Positions 7,086 to 16,177 are shown, counted from the stretch's first letter. The stretch: DNA of 46,729 bases from a virus (IMGVR_UViG_3300010283_000004:1-46729), one strand, 5' to 3'. Notes: generated by a model not told the origin, from the sequence alone. A program made the numbers and translations.

Positions 7086-7292
7086 ATGGCAAGTATAGAG
7101 CTTTTGACTGTTGCGGAAGTAAGCAAACTTCTGAAATGCAATGTTGATTACGTTTACAAGCTCAAGAAATCCGGTCTGCTGAGATTCATGAAGCTTGGCA
7201 ACCTTAAATGCCGCCGGGAATCTTTGGAAGAGTTCCTCAGCACATATGACGGCAAGGATGTGACTGATCCGTTTAACGTGAAGGAGTTGTAG
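7086..7292 (+). CDS. xis: Excisionase-family (MerR-like HTH_17) DNA-binding protein
   Basis: MASIELLTVAEVSKLLKCNVDYVYKLKKSGLLRFMKLG. SD aaggaga is present. The start was moved from the ORF-track 7044 to the ATG at 7086. Confidence 0.7.
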   Translation: MASIELLTVAEVSKLLKCNVDYVYKLKKSGLLRFMKLGNLKCRRESLEEFLSTYDGKDVTDPFNVKEL

Positions 7293-7294
7293 AT

Positions 7295-7558
7295 ATGAAA
7301 AAAGCATTGTTTGCTTTACTGGTAGCCTGCTGCGTTTGGGCTGCATGGGATTACAGCCGCCCGGTTGACCGCTATGTGGTCAAGGTTACTGCTGCTGACG
7401 GCGATACGCTGTGGCATTTGGTCGGTGGCGTGATGAGTCAAGAGGGTGACCGCAGAGATGTGAGGGAAGTCATCCATTATGCTCGTGAGATTAGCAATAT
7501 AAAGGGCACACTGCAGCCGGGGGATGTAATCCTCATTCCCATAGAGGTGCGCAGATGA
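7295..7558 (+). CDS. Membrane-anchored LysM-domain protein (YneA-like cell-division inhibitor candidate)
   Basis: An N-terminal hydrophobic anchor KKALFALLVACCVWAAW is followed by a LysM-like segment YVVKVTAADGDTLWHLV...NIKGTLQPGDVILIPI. Confidence 0.7.
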   Translation: MKKALFALLVACCVWAAWDYSRPVDRYVVKVTAADGDTLWHLVGGVMSQEGDRRDVREVIHYAREISNIKGTLQPGDVILIPIEVRR

Positions 7559-7567
7559 GTAAGAAAA

Positions 7568-7599
7568 ACGCCCGTCAGTGCTGCTACACTGGCGGGCGT
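7568..7599. terminator. GC-rich 13-bp hairpin; the T-run lies only on the minus-strand side
   Basis: acgcccgtcagtg / cactggcgggcgt with a 6-nt loop. The plus strand lacks a U-tract, while the minus-strand reading gives the hairpin followed by tttttctt. Confidence 0.45.
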
Positions 7600-7685
7600 A
7601 AAGATGGATAGATACCAAACATCTATCTCCTATTATAACACATTTTAGGGAGGAAGTAATAATGAATATACTGGAGATGCTGTAA

Positions 7686-7853
7686 ATGAGAACCGATGAC
7701 CGTGGTGTTCACTACACAGACTGCATTTTTTGCGGTACTGAATGGATAGTGAGTCGTACAGTAAAAGAACCGTATACTTGTCCGCATTGTCGGGCGTTGT
7801 ATAAACAATTCAAACCACCACAATCAAAAAAGAAAGGTAAGGTGCAAAAATGA
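7686..7853 (+). CDS. Small zinc-ribbon protein (55 aa; below the ORF-track length cut-off)
   Basis: Hand translation gives MRTDDRGVHYTDCIFCGTEWIVSRTVKEPYTCPHCRALYKQFKPPQSKKKGKVQK, with two CxxC pairs. Its stop overlaps the next start (ATGA). Confidence 0.6.
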   Translation: MRTDDRGVHYTDCIFCGTEWIVSRTVKEPYTCPHCRALYKQFKPPQSKKKGKVQK

Positions 7854-8164
7854 TTAGAACGAAAACCCATATTTTCATTCAGCGTTTGAATCTTGAAATG
7901 CAGAGCCTGCGTGAATACGTAGCCTTGCTGGAACGCTGGAATGAGGACGACAACCAAGACGAGGTCCTGCAGGAGGCAGAGCTTGATGTCATTGACCGTA
8001 TCGGCTCAACGCTCAACGAGATGCGTGAGCTGCAGTCTCATGAATGGTCTGTTATGTACAAAGCTCTGCAAGATTCCGCAGAAAAACCTGCTGCTGATGG
8101 CTCCGGTATGCCGTCAGATGGCGCTGGTATGCCAAACGATGGCGTTTGCAAGGAGGCTGAGTAA
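7850..8164 (+). CDS. Hypothetical protein
   Basis: 104 aa with an acidic coiled-coil-like composition. It is translationally coupled to the upstream gene. Confidence 0.6.
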   Translation: MIRTKTHIFIQRLNLEMQSLREYVALLERWNEDDNQDEVLQEAELDVIDRIGSTLNEMRELQSHEWSVMYKALQDSAEKPAADGSGMPSDGAGMPNDGVCKEAE

Positions 8165-8165
8165 T

Positions 8166-8657
8166 ATGGCTAATGTATACGAGCTTGATGCTAAAATCTC
8201 TAGCTGCATTCAGCTAGATGAAGAACACGTTGTCAGTGTTGATGACGGTGAAATCCTGAACCTGCAGCAGTTCGAGGCGCTACAGATGGAGCGCGACCAA
8301 AAGATTGAGGGTATGTGCTGCTACATCAAGAACAAGCTTGCCGAGGCCGATGCCATCGACGCCGAAGCCAATACTCTCAGTCATCGCTCCGGTGTAATTA
8401 GAAAAGAAGTCGAGCGCTGCAAGGCTTATCTGGCCGGTGCATTGTACGGCGAGAAGTTTGAAACTCCCCGCTGCAAGATTACGTGGCGCAAGTCCGAAAT
8501 CTGCAACGTGCTGAATATTGATGCAGTACCTGAAGAGTACAAGCGCACTAAGGTTACTGTTGATGCTGACAAGACGGCAATCAAGAAGGCCATCAAGGGC
8601 GGCATGGAGATTCCGGGCGCTGAGGTTATTCAGAAACTGAACATGACTTTAAAATGA
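8166..8657 (+). CDS. Siphovirus Gp157-like protein
   Basis: 163 aa from the ATG at 8166 (the ORF-track extension back to 7941 overlaps the previous gene). It has coiled-coil character, and its position directly before the AAA_24 ATPase and DUF669 genes is the usual Gp157 context. Confidence 0.5.
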   Translation: MANVYELDAKISSCIQLDEEHVVSVDDGEILNLQQFEALQMERDQKIEGMCCYIKNKLAEADAIDAEANTLSHRSGVIRKEVERCKAYLAGALYGEKFETPRCKITWRKSEICNVLNIDAVPEEYKRTKVTVDADKTAIKKAIKGGMEIPGAEVIQKLNMTLK

Positions 8658-8848
8658 GATTTGTTATGTTATGCAAGAATTGCCCTCAGTGTAAAACAGT
8701 TGGGGTTGGCGATATTTGTACACGTAGCTGGTGCAAATTAAGCAAGCCTGATGCTGCTGGCAGATATTTAGGCCTGGAACCATGGCGCAGTAAGCCGCAT
8801 CCGAAATGTCCGCTGATGGCAAGATTAAAAGGAAATTACAAGGAGTGA
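8654..8848 (+). CDS. Cys-rich small protein, hypothetical
   Basis: 64 aa, CKNCPQCK...C...WC...KCP. ATGA overlap with the upstream gene and no clear SD. Confidence 0.45.
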   Translation: MRFVMLCKNCPQCKTVGVGDICTRSWCKLSKPDAAGRYLGLEPWRSKPHPKCPLMARLKGNYKE

Positions 8849-8852
8849 TTTT

Positions 8853-9488
8853 ATGGGAATGCCTGTATTGATTTTAGGCGCGTCCGGCTCTGGCAAGTCC
8901 ACGAGCCTGCGCAACTTTGAGTCGACGGAGGTTGGCGTGTTTAATGTGGCGAGCAAGCCACTGCCATTCAAGAAGCGGCTGAACGTCGTAAACCATGCGA
9001 CGTATCAGGTCATCCAGAAAACGTTGGCGAAGAACAACTTGCGCTGCTACGTTATCGATGACTCGCAGTACCTCATGGCGTTCAACATGTTTGACCGTGC
9101 GAAGGAGGTCGGGTACCAGAAGTTTACCGACTGTGCGTTGAATTTCTACAATCTGCTGGCGCTGATCCGCGACCATACGACCAATGATACCATCGTGTAT
9201 CTCCTGCATCACACGGAGTGCGATGATACTGGTCACATCAAAGCCAAAACTTCGGGCAAGATGCTGGACAATCAGCTCACTCTAGAGGGCCTGTTCAGCA
9301 TCGTGCTGCTGGCTGAGACCGACGGTAAGGCGCACTGGTTCACGACCCAGAGCGATGGCTTCACGCCTGCGAAGTCTCCGATGGAGATGTTCGCACCGAA
9401 GATTGACAATGACCTGAAGGCTGTTGATACGGCTATTCGTGAATACTATGGATTTAACGAGGAGGCAAAGAAAAATGAAAAAGCTTAA
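8853..9488 (+). CDS. AAA_24-type (Sak4-like) P-loop ATPase
   Basis: Walker A GASGSGKST and Walker B CYVIDD. SD aaggag is present. Confidence 0.8.
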   Translation: MGMPVLILGASGSGKSTSLRNFESTEVGVFNVASKPLPFKKRLNVVNHATYQVIQKTLAKNNLRCYVIDDSQYLMAFNMFDRAKEVGYQKFTDCALNFYNLLALIRDHTTNDTIVYLLHHTECDDTGHIKAKTSGKMLDNQLTLEGLFSIVLLAETDGKAHWFTTQSDGFTPAKSPMEMFAPKIDNDLKAVDTAIREYYGFNEEAKKNEKA

Positions 9489-10059
9489 CTGGGGAAATGT
9501 TGAAGCTGCGAGTGAAGGCTACGCAGCGCCGCCTGCTGGCGGTTATGTACTGGCCATCTGCTCTGTAGAAGACCATGCAGACAAGGAGTACCTGAAAATC
9601 TATTGCGACATCGCAGGCGTAGCAGACAAGGCCAACGAGCAGTTTGTTGGTTATTATGGCCAGCGCAAGGAGCGCAGCGGTGACAAAATTCCGCTGTTCA
9701 GCTTTATCCGCAGCTATAAAGATTCTGCGCGTGGCTTCTTCAAATCGTTTTTGGTGGCGTTAGAAAAGAGCGGCAACGCTGGCTTTGTAGCAGACCGCTT
9801 TGCTGGTGACGAGCAGCAGTTCTGCGGCATGGTCGTCGGTGCTGTGCTGGGGCAGGAAGAGTACGTCTGGAACAACAAGCTCCGTGTGCGTCTGAAGGTA
9901 GCGCAGCTCTGTTCCGTAGAGCGCATCCAGAAGGGCGACTTCGAGATTCCGGAACTTAAAAAGGTAGACACTGCAGCAGTTCCGGTCGCAGCTCCTGTCT
10001 CCAGCATGGACAGCTACGGTGCTAACGTACCGCTCAGTGATGAAGAGATCCCTTTCTAA
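9475..10059 (+). CDS. DUF669-type phage ssDNA-binding protein with an SSB-like acidic C-terminal tip
   Basis: Start at the ATG at 9475 with SD gaggagg. The C-terminus is ...SDEEIPF, compared with the bacterial SSB tip DDDIPF. It sits in the usual position after the AAA_24 ATPase. Confidence 0.65.
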   Translation: MKKLNWGNVEAASEGYAAPPAGGYVLAICSVEDHADKEYLKIYCDIAGVADKANEQFVGYYGQRKERSGDKIPLFSFIRSYKDSARGFFKSFLVALEKSGNAGFVADRFAGDEQQFCGMVVGAVLGQEEYVWNNKLRVRLKVAQLCSVERIQKGDFEIPELKKVDTAAVPVAAPVSSMDSYGANVPLSDEEIPF

Positions 10060-12619
10060 GTCCGAGCTGCACCTGGACGATATTCGCCCCTTTTTAACCG
10101 GTGTAAAAATAAAGCCGGGCGGACATGTTACCGCTACCTGTCCCTTGTGCGGTAAGGCAGATCATCTGCACATAGATGAAAAGGGCGGCACACTTCTGGT
10201 ATATTGCCAGAAGTGCAACGCTCCCGGTGCGGACATCCTGCGAGAGTTCCGCCGTCTTGGAGCGAAGCCTGCAAAGCCGGAGCCTGTAGATTACAAGACG
10301 ACAAAACCTATTGAAGATTACCGCCATGTCTACAGAAACCCTGACGGCACTGAATCTTATTACAAGCGCCGCCGCAAGTGGGCCGATGGGCACAAGGTTT
10401 TCAGTTTTGCTTATATCAATGCCGAAGGGCGCACGGTGTATACCAAGCCTGAAGGATGTAACAACTTATATAACTTAGATTTACTAGCACAACATCGGAG
10501 CACAAAGTTGTACATCGTTGAAGGTGAGAAATGCGCCGACGCAATGACGGCTGCCGGTCTACTGGCAACCACGAGCAATACCGGAGCCCAGAAGGCTGTC
10601 AAGCTGAGCGCGACGGACAAGGCGCTGCTGGAATCTTATGCAGAGCGTATCGTCATCCCGGACAACGATGAGAAGGGAACCGATTATGCTGCAGCCTGGC
10701 AAGGCGCGAAGGTCATGGACATCACAAAGCTGTGGCCTGAATGCCCGCCTAAAGGTGACATTGCAGATTACTTTGCCGCCGGTGGCACTGCCGAGGCTAT
10801 CGAAGCCTACGAGTGGCCTGTGGTGCTCTCTCTGGACAGAGAATTCTTTGAAGGGTGCGACAGGTTCAGCCTTATCGATGACGCGCTTCTGGAGGCGATA
10901 GCGGCGCTCACAGAGCCGTCCAAGCGTCAGCAGGTGCTTTCCATGGCGAGGTTTCGCGCCGGAGAGCTGTGCTGCAAGAGGGAGTTTGAGAGCTGCTGGA
11001 AAGCGTACCTGCAGCAGGCAGCCAAGGGTATAAGGTCAGATAATCTGACTAAATTTCCGCAGCAGCTGTTTGCCTTGCGGTGCGGTAACTGGAACACATC
11101 AATTAATGGCGTGTATCGAGCGGTACAGGTCGGGACAGAATATAAAAACGAATACGCAAGTCCCATTCCCATTATGCCGACGGAGCTGCTGGTGAACGTG
11201 GAGGATGAAACGGAAAAAATCCGGCTTGCGTATTTTAAAAATGGCGGCTGGCAGAGCGTGGTGGTCCCGCGCTCCACGTTAGCCAATAAAAACAAAATAA
11301 TCCTGCTGGCAGACAACGGCGTTGAAGTCAACAGCGACAACGCCGGTCTGCTGGTTAAGTATCTGGCAGAGGTCATCGCCATGAACCCGGACATCCTGCC
11401 GCGGGTGAAGTCGATTGACCACATGGGCTGGTCCGATGCAGGCTTTGTGCCGTACACGGACGAGGTCAAGCTGGACTGCGAGGAGCAGTATAAATCTCTG
11501 GTGCAGGCAGTCTCAAGTAAAGGCACGCTGGAGGAATGGGCGGCCTACGTCGCACCGCTCCGGCAGAACCTGTACATGCGCCTGATCCTGGCGGCATCGT
11601 TTGCGAGCGTGCTGGTCGAGCGCGTATCTGCGCTGCCATTTGTTTTGCACCTTTGGGGCGGCACCGGCAGCGGCAAGACCGTGGCCATGATGGTGGCTGC
11701 GTCTGTCTGGGGTAATCCGGGCATGGGCAAGCTGGTGCGGACCATGAATATGACGGTCAACTCTATGATGAGTACGGCGTCTATCCTGCGTAACCTGCCG
11801 TTCTTTGGCGATGAGCTACAGACGATTAAAAGCCGCTTTGAAAATTATGACACGCTGATCATGCGCGTCACTGAAGGTCTTGACCGCGGACGCATGACTA
11901 ATGCAACATTCCAGCGGCAGAAGTCCTGGCTGAACAGCTTTGTTTTCACCGGCGAAGAACCCTGCACGAAGAGTCAGTCCGGCGGCGGTGTAAAAAACCG
12001 CGTCGTCGAGGTAGAGTGCGACCAGCAGATAATTAAAAACGGCAATGCTGTGGTTAATTTTATCACGCAGCACTTTGGCTGTGCAGGCAGGGCGTTTATC
12101 GAAGCGCTGGAAGGGAAGAAACTTGCGGCTGATTACAATGAGATTATGCGTCTGGTGCTGGAAGTAACGGATACGACCGAGAAGCAGGCCATGGCGATGG
12201 CTCTCATGCTGCAGGCAGATGCTATTGCGAGCAAGGCTATCTTTGGTGATCCTGGCGATGTGCTGTCGCCGGAGGATATAGTTGGTTTCGTTAAGAGCAA
12301 GGCTGAGGTTGATGTGAGCGAGCGGGCATTTAACCTTATTGTTGATGTCATCGGTGCCAACGCCGACAAATTCGATACTGAATTTCACGATTTTGCCGGT
12401 TATGCCTACTGGGGCAGGCGTAGAAACGATGGCGTAATCATGATTAATAAAACCGTTCTTGAGGAAGAATTAGAGAAGAAAGGCTTTGACTATGCTGCTC
12501 TAAAGAAAAAATGGGCAGAAGCCGGTCATTTACTGAAAACAAAACAAGGTAAATTTTTCGGACTCTATACTTTGAATCATGTTAGAGCAAATTATGTCGC
12601 TCTTTATATCAAAGGTTAG
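10040..12619 (+). CDS. Primase-helicase fusion (zinc finger + Toprim + D5/DUF927-type P-loop helicase)
   Basis: CPLCGK...CQKCN zinc finger; Toprim-like LYIVEGEKCADAM ... IPDNDEKG; Walker A GGTGSGKT. The start is uncertain (ATG at 10040 or GTG at 10019). Confidence 0.85.
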   Translation: MKRSLSKSELHLDDIRPFLTGVKIKPGGHVTATCPLCGKADHLHIDEKGGTLLVYCQKCNAPGADILREFRRLGAKPAKPEPVDYKTTKPIEDYRHVYRNPDGTESYYKRRRKWADGHKVFSFAYINAEGRTVYTKPEGCNNLYNLDLLAQHRSTKLYIVEGEKCADAMTAAGLLATTSNTGAQKAVKLSATDKALLESYAERIVIPDNDEKGTDYAAAWQGAKVMDITKLWPECPPKGDIADYFAAGGTAEAIEAYEWPVVLSLDREFFEGCDRFSLIDDALLEAIAALTEPSKRQQVLSMARFRAGELCCKREFESCWKAYLQQAAKGIRSDNLTKFPQQLFALRCGNWNTSINGVYRAVQVGTEYKNEYASPIPIMPTELLVNVEDETEKIRLAYFKNGGWQSVVVPRSTLANKNKIILLADNGVEVNSDNAGLLVKYLAEVIAMNPDILPRVKSIDHMGWSDAGFVPYTDEVKLDCEEQYKSLVQAVSSKGTLEEWAAYVAPLRQNLYMRLILAASFASVLVERVSALPFVLHLWGGTGSGKTVAMMVAASVWGNPGMGKLVRTMNMTVNSMMSTASILRNLPFFGDELQTIKSRFENYDTLIMRVTEGLDRGRMTNATFQRQKSWLNSFVFTGEEPCTKSQSGGGVKNRVVEVECDQQIIKNGNAVVNFITQHFGCAGRAFIEALEGKKLAADYNEIMRLVLEVTDTTEKQAMAMALMLQADAIASKAIFGDPGDVLSPEDIVGFVKSKAEVDVSERAFNLIVDVIGANADKFDTEFHDFAGYAYWGRRRNDGVIMINKTVLEEELEKKGFDYAALKKKWAEAGHLLKTKQGKFFGLYTLNHVRANYVALYIKG

Positions 12620-12897
12620 CTAGGTTAGCTAAAGGTTAGCTAAAAAAATGGCTCAACCATGCGGCTTTTAAGACCTTAGCTAACCTAATAACCTAGCTAA
12701 CCTAATATATATATACGTATGTAAGCTCTAATTTCCCAAAAATCCTAAGTTCTAAAGTAATAAAAAATATATAGGATACTCTTTCAGAAAAAGGTTAGCT
12801 AGGTTAGCTAAAATTCAAAAACCGCTCAACCATGCGGTTTCCAAGGATTGCGAAGGTTATCTAAAAGGTTAGCTTAGCTAACCTACAAGGTTCGCTA
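12614..12897. repeat. Candidate replication origin: at least 8 exact GGTTAGCTA iterons in both orientations around an AT-rich core
   Basis: Direct copies at 12614, 12623, 12634, 12793 and 12802. An 8-nt ggttagct at 12867..12874 lacks the final a and abuts the inverted copy at 12875. Inverted tagctaacc copies at 12677, 12694 and 12875. Degenerate copies at 12855 and 12889. The core contains atatatatatacgtatg. gctcaaccatgcgg is repeated at 12651 and 12824. Confidence 0.7.
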
Positions 12898-12919
12898 AGC
12901 CGGAAAAGGAGGGAAAATA

Positions 12920-13075
12920 ATGGATAAGACAATGAATAGACTGCAAAACGCAACTGTAAATAATGCGCTGCTTGAAATCAATGATTGGCAGTGCTCCGGT
13001 GATGTTGATTATCTGGAATCTGCGGTCGCTTATCTGCAGGCTGCCATCAAACTGGAGGGACAAAACAATGAATAA
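12920..13075 (+). CDS. Small hypothetical protein (51 aa; below the ORF-track cut-off)
   Basis: Strong SD aaaaggaggg. Hand translation gives MDKTMNRLQNATVNNALLEINDWQCSGDVDYLESAVAYLQAAIKLEGQNNE. It overlaps the next start. Confidence 0.5.
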   Translation: MDKTMNRLQNATVNNALLEINDWQCSGDVDYLESAVAYLQAAIKLEGQNNE

Positions 13076-13583
13076 GCAATACCTGATGTTGAATCTGGAG
13101 TCTGACACCTTTAAGGGCATGAAGGCCGATTTTAATGAACTTCTGCAGCAGCTTCTGGAGAAGCTTTTTGCTGGCCGTATTGCTGATGGCTCTATCAGCA
13201 TGAAGCTGTCCGTCAGCTTGACTGAGACCTATTCTGAAACAATGGGTAAGGACATTGCAGTGCCGCTGTTCAAGCACAAGGTTACCGCCAACTACACGGA
13301 GAAGCTGGAGAATGCCGGTGCTGTTTCCCTGCCTAACACGTATCTGGAATATGATCCGGAAATCGGCGCTTTTGTCCTGAAGCCCTGTGGCGGGGAGCAG
13401 GATATGTTCGCAGAGCAAGAGGCTGATGCTGATGAAGTAACTGTCGACGTTAAAGCCATTCCGCAGGATTGCCACCGTCCCCTGCAGCTGCGTGATCCGC
13501 TGTGCAATGACTGCGCTAATCGCGACACCAGCGCCTGCGACCATTGCGATGGCTGCGATAAGTGGGAGCCGACGGTAAAATGA
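13068..13583 (+). CDS. Hypothetical protein with a Cys-rich C-terminus
   Basis: 171 aa from the ATG at 13068 with SD ggaggga. The C-terminus is CNDCANRDTSACDHCDGCDKW. ATGA coupling to the helicase gene. Confidence 0.6.
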   Translation: MNKQYLMLNLESDTFKGMKADFNELLQQLLEKLFAGRIADGSISMKLSVSLTETYSETMGKDIAVPLFKHKVTANYTEKLENAGAVSLPNTYLEYDPEIGAFVLKPCGGEQDMFAEQEADADEVTVDVKAIPQDCHRPLQLRDPLCNDCANRDTSACDHCDGCDKWEPTVK

Positions 13584-14986
13584 TACCGCTGCGTCCCTAC
13601 CAGCAGGAGCTGGTGGATAATATCCGCAGGGCAATCGGTCAGGGGCGGCACAGCGTGTGTGCAGTGTTGGGCTGCGGCGGTGGAAAGTCCGTTATCCAGG
13701 GCAACATCGCCGCCAGCGCCACGGCACGCGGCAACAGGGTGCTGTTCATCGTGCACCGCAAAGAGCTGTGCCAGCAGATTACCAATACTTTTGCTGCATG
13801 CGGCGTAGACTTCTCTTTCTGCACCGTAGGCATGGTGCAGACGGTCTGTCGCAGGTTGGCAAAGACTCAGGAGCCGAAGCTGATTCTGGTTGACGAAGCG
13901 CACCACATCCTGTCGCAGAGCTATCTGTCTATCCTGCAGCATTTTCCGGGAGCTGTAGTCTTAGGCTTTACCGCCACGCCGCAAAGAATGAACGAGGGCG
14001 GTCTGGGGGCCGTCTTTGAAGAGCTCATCGAGTCAGTGAGCACCGAGTGGCTCATCCAGAACCATTATCTGGCACCGTACAAATACTACGGCGTGCAGCT
14101 GGCGGATGCCAGCAAGCTGCATACTAAACGCGGCGACTACGACAAGGCTGAAATTGAAGCTCTTATGAATAAGCGTGCCATCTTTGGCAGTGCTGTTGAG
14201 AACTGGCTGCAGCTGGCTAAGGGCAAGCAGACCATCGTGTATTGTTCGTCTATCGCCACCAGCGAGGGCACAGCAGCCGCTTTCAGGGAGCAGGGAATAA
14301 ATGCCATGCACCTTGACGGTACAACGCCACAGGCGCAAAGACAGGCCGCCGTAGAGGGGTTCAGACGCGGTGAGGTCACGGTGCTTTGCAACGTTGATTT
14401 GTTTGGCGAGGGCTTTGACGTACCTGACTGTGATTGCGTGGTGCTGATGCGGCCTACCAAGTCGCTCACGCTGCACATACAGCAGTCGATGAGGTCGATG
14501 CGTACCAATCCCAACAATCCGGATAAGGTCGCGCTGATCCTGGACCATGTTGGCAATTTCACGCGGCATGGTCTGCCGGATGATGTGAGGGAATGGTCTT
14601 TGGAAGCAAAAGCCAAGAAGAAAAAGCAGGAGCTCAGTGTTAAGCAGTGCCCGAACTGTTTCGCGGTGGTCAAGTCCAGCGTAACCGAGTGCCCTCTCTG
14701 TCATTACGTGTGGGAAAAAGAAGAACGCGAAGGTCCGGAAGTCGTGGAGGACATCATTCTGCAGGAAGTTGCGCGAATGCCATACAGCAAACACATAGAG
14801 TGTAAGTCATGGGCGCAGCTGGAACTGTTCCGTGCGACGCACAGACGTGCCGATGGCAAGATTTTTAAGTTCGCCTGGTCGCTGCACAAGGCGGTGGAGC
14901 TGGGGCTGGCAGTACCGGAACGGTACCGCAATGCAGCTATCCGCCTGCTGCGTCAGGATGAATACAGGAGGTTAAAATTTGAATAA
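13580..14986 (+). CDS. SF2 DEAD/DEAH-box helicase with a C-terminal zinc ribbon
   Basis: LRPYQQELV, Walker A GCGGGKS, motif II LVDEAHH, and CPNCF...CPLCH. Confidence 0.85.
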   Translation: MIPLRPYQQELVDNIRRAIGQGRHSVCAVLGCGGGKSVIQGNIAASATARGNRVLFIVHRKELCQQITNTFAACGVDFSFCTVGMVQTVCRRLAKTQEPKLILVDEAHHILSQSYLSILQHFPGAVVLGFTATPQRMNEGGLGAVFEELIESVSTEWLIQNHYLAPYKYYGVQLADASKLHTKRGDYDKAEIEALMNKRAIFGSAVENWLQLAKGKQTIVYCSSIATSEGTAAAFREQGINAMHLDGTTPQAQRQAAVEGFRRGEVTVLCNVDLFGEGFDVPDCDCVVLMRPTKSLTLHIQQSMRSMRTNPNNPDKVALILDHVGNFTRHGLPDDVREWSLEAKAKKKKQELSVKQCPNCFAVVKSSVTECPLCHYVWEKEEREGPEVVEDIILQEVARMPYSKHIECKSWAQLELFRATHRRADGKIFKFAWSLHKAVELGLAVPERYRNAAIRLLRQDEYRRLKFE

Positions 14987-15410
14987 ATCGGAAACTCGAA
15001 TTATGAAAGAAATAGAAATCGCAGTGACGGCAGCAGGTCATAAGGTTTTCCGCATTAATGTTGGAGAAGGATATTTATACCGTGAGCAGCCGACGCAGGA
15101 AACGTTGGAATTTGAGAATAAGCGCGCCCGCTGGTTCAAGAGCGGACCGCCGCAAGGCTACAGTGATTTGTCTGGCGTAGCGTATCCGTCGGGCAAGGCA
15201 ATCTTTATCGAGTGCAAGACGGCAACCGGCAAGCCGACGCTGCAGCAGTGCGTGTTCCTGCTGGCGATGTTGGCAGCGGGTGCCAATGCCGGTATCGCAC
15301 GCAGCTCCGAGGAGGCGTTGGCGATTTGTGAGATGACGGACGACCTGCGTCAGAAGATGGGGGAGTATATCCATGGCTGGTTGGTTAAGCTTAGGCAGCG
15401 TGGTAAGTGA
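14979..15410 (+). CDS. VRR-NUC domain nuclease
   Basis: YSDLSG...AIFIECKTATGKPTLQQ matches the PD-(D/E)xK VRR-NUC pattern. TTG start 8 nt after SD aggagg. Confidence 0.7.
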   Translation: MNKSETRIMKEIEIAVTAAGHKVFRINVGEGYLYREQPTQETLEFENKRARWFKSGPPQGYSDLSGVAYPSGKAIFIECKTATGKPTLQQCVFLLAMLAAGANAGIARSSEEALAICEMTDDLRQKMGEYIHGWLVKLRQRGK

Positions 15411-15690
15411 TCCGTGGCCTGATTATGCCGACAGCGAGTTCTGGGGGCAGCTGCTACCAAGTGCTGCCCGCCATGATCACAAGCTGTATGTTAAGCTCAT
15501 AGGTCTGCGCTTTGCCGGAGCAGAGCTGCTGCCTAGTGCACGCTTCGGCCTGCGTCTGGTCATGGCTAACGAGGCGACGGTGACTCAGCAGGAGGCGAGG
15601 GAGCTGCTCGCTCCCCACTCTGAGCTGTTACTGAATTTATTTTTACACATAGGAGGTGGCGCAGGTGGACAACAAAAAACTGATACATGA
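15373..15690 (+). CDS. Hypothetical protein
   Basis: 105-aa ORF filling the gap between VRR-NUC and the regulator. The start is unclear. Confidence 0.4.
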   Translation: MAGWLSLGSVVSDPWPDYADSEFWGQLLPSAARHDHKLYVKLIGLRFAGAELLPSARFGLRLVMANEATVTQQEARELLAPHSELLLNLFLHIGGGAGGQQKTDT

Positions 15691-16177
15691 TACTGTTGTG
15701 GCAACGCTGGCTGCCTTAAATAGCCAGCCTAAGCCGCAGGACTGCTACAAGGCGACAGAGGCTCGCTTGTATGCGTATCCTGTTTTGCTTGAGAATATAA
15801 AACGTTATAAATTAGACATTCGTGATCTGAAGAAAGAGAAGAACACTGAGAAGTCTAAGGACATTACCTGTTGGGGCGGTGCTTCTGGTATCCGTCTCAC
15901 GCCTGAAGAAAAGCAGGCAGCGAAAATAATGGCTGTAGAGATAAAACTTGAACGCGATACGGCAGAAGTTAATCGCATTAATAAAGCGCTGCTACGTTTG
16001 GAACGCATGAATAGTGAAGAAGATGTGGCTTTTATAAAGAGGCTGTATTTTCAGGGGCTTGAGATTGCTGGGCTGGCTGAGTTTATGGGAGAATCGCTGG
16101 CTACTATTCAGCGCAGGCGTACGCGCCTGGTGCGGCAGCTGGCGTTAATGTTATATGGAGCGGAGGCGTTGATGTAA
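15656..16177 (+). CDS. Sigma-70 region-4-like phage transcriptional activator (ArpU/RinA-type late regulator candidate)
   Basis: C-terminal HTH FIKRLYFQGLEIAGLAEFMGESLATIQRRRTRLVRQL. SD aggaggtgg is present. The likely start is the GTG at 15656 or 15665. Confidence 0.6.
   Translation: MAQVDNKKLIHDTVVATLAALNSQPKPQDCYKATEARLYAYPVLLENIKRYKLDIRDLKKEKNTEKSKDITCWGGASGIRLTPEEKQAAKIMAVEIKLERDTAEVNRINKALLRLERMNSEEDVAFIKRLYFQGLEIAGLAEFMGESLATIQRRRTRLVRQLALMLYGAEALM

Noticed and set aside
7662-7685. 7-codon mini-ORF (MNILEML) with a strong SD (agggagg), abutting the zinc-ribbon gene start (taaATG).
   Set aside because: It is too short to call as a gene. It may simply be a translational-coupling leader. 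It is noted but not supported as a functional peptide.
8095-8150. Short tandem-like repeat ggtatgcc(g/a)..gatggc encoding GMPSDG/GMPNDG.
   Set aside because: There are only two imperfect copies, within a coding region. It is a minor low-complexity feature.
7941-8165. N-terminal extension of the Gp157-like ORF back to 7941 (238-aa version in the ORF track).
   Set aside because: It fully overlaps the better-supported 7850..8164 gene in another frame. An ATG at 8166 directly follows that gene's stop.
12614-12897. Possible CRISPR array suggested by the many ggttagcta repeats.
   Set aside because: The repeats are only 9 bp, occur in both orientations and have irregular, very short spacing. This pattern fits origin iterons, not CRISPR repeats and spacers.
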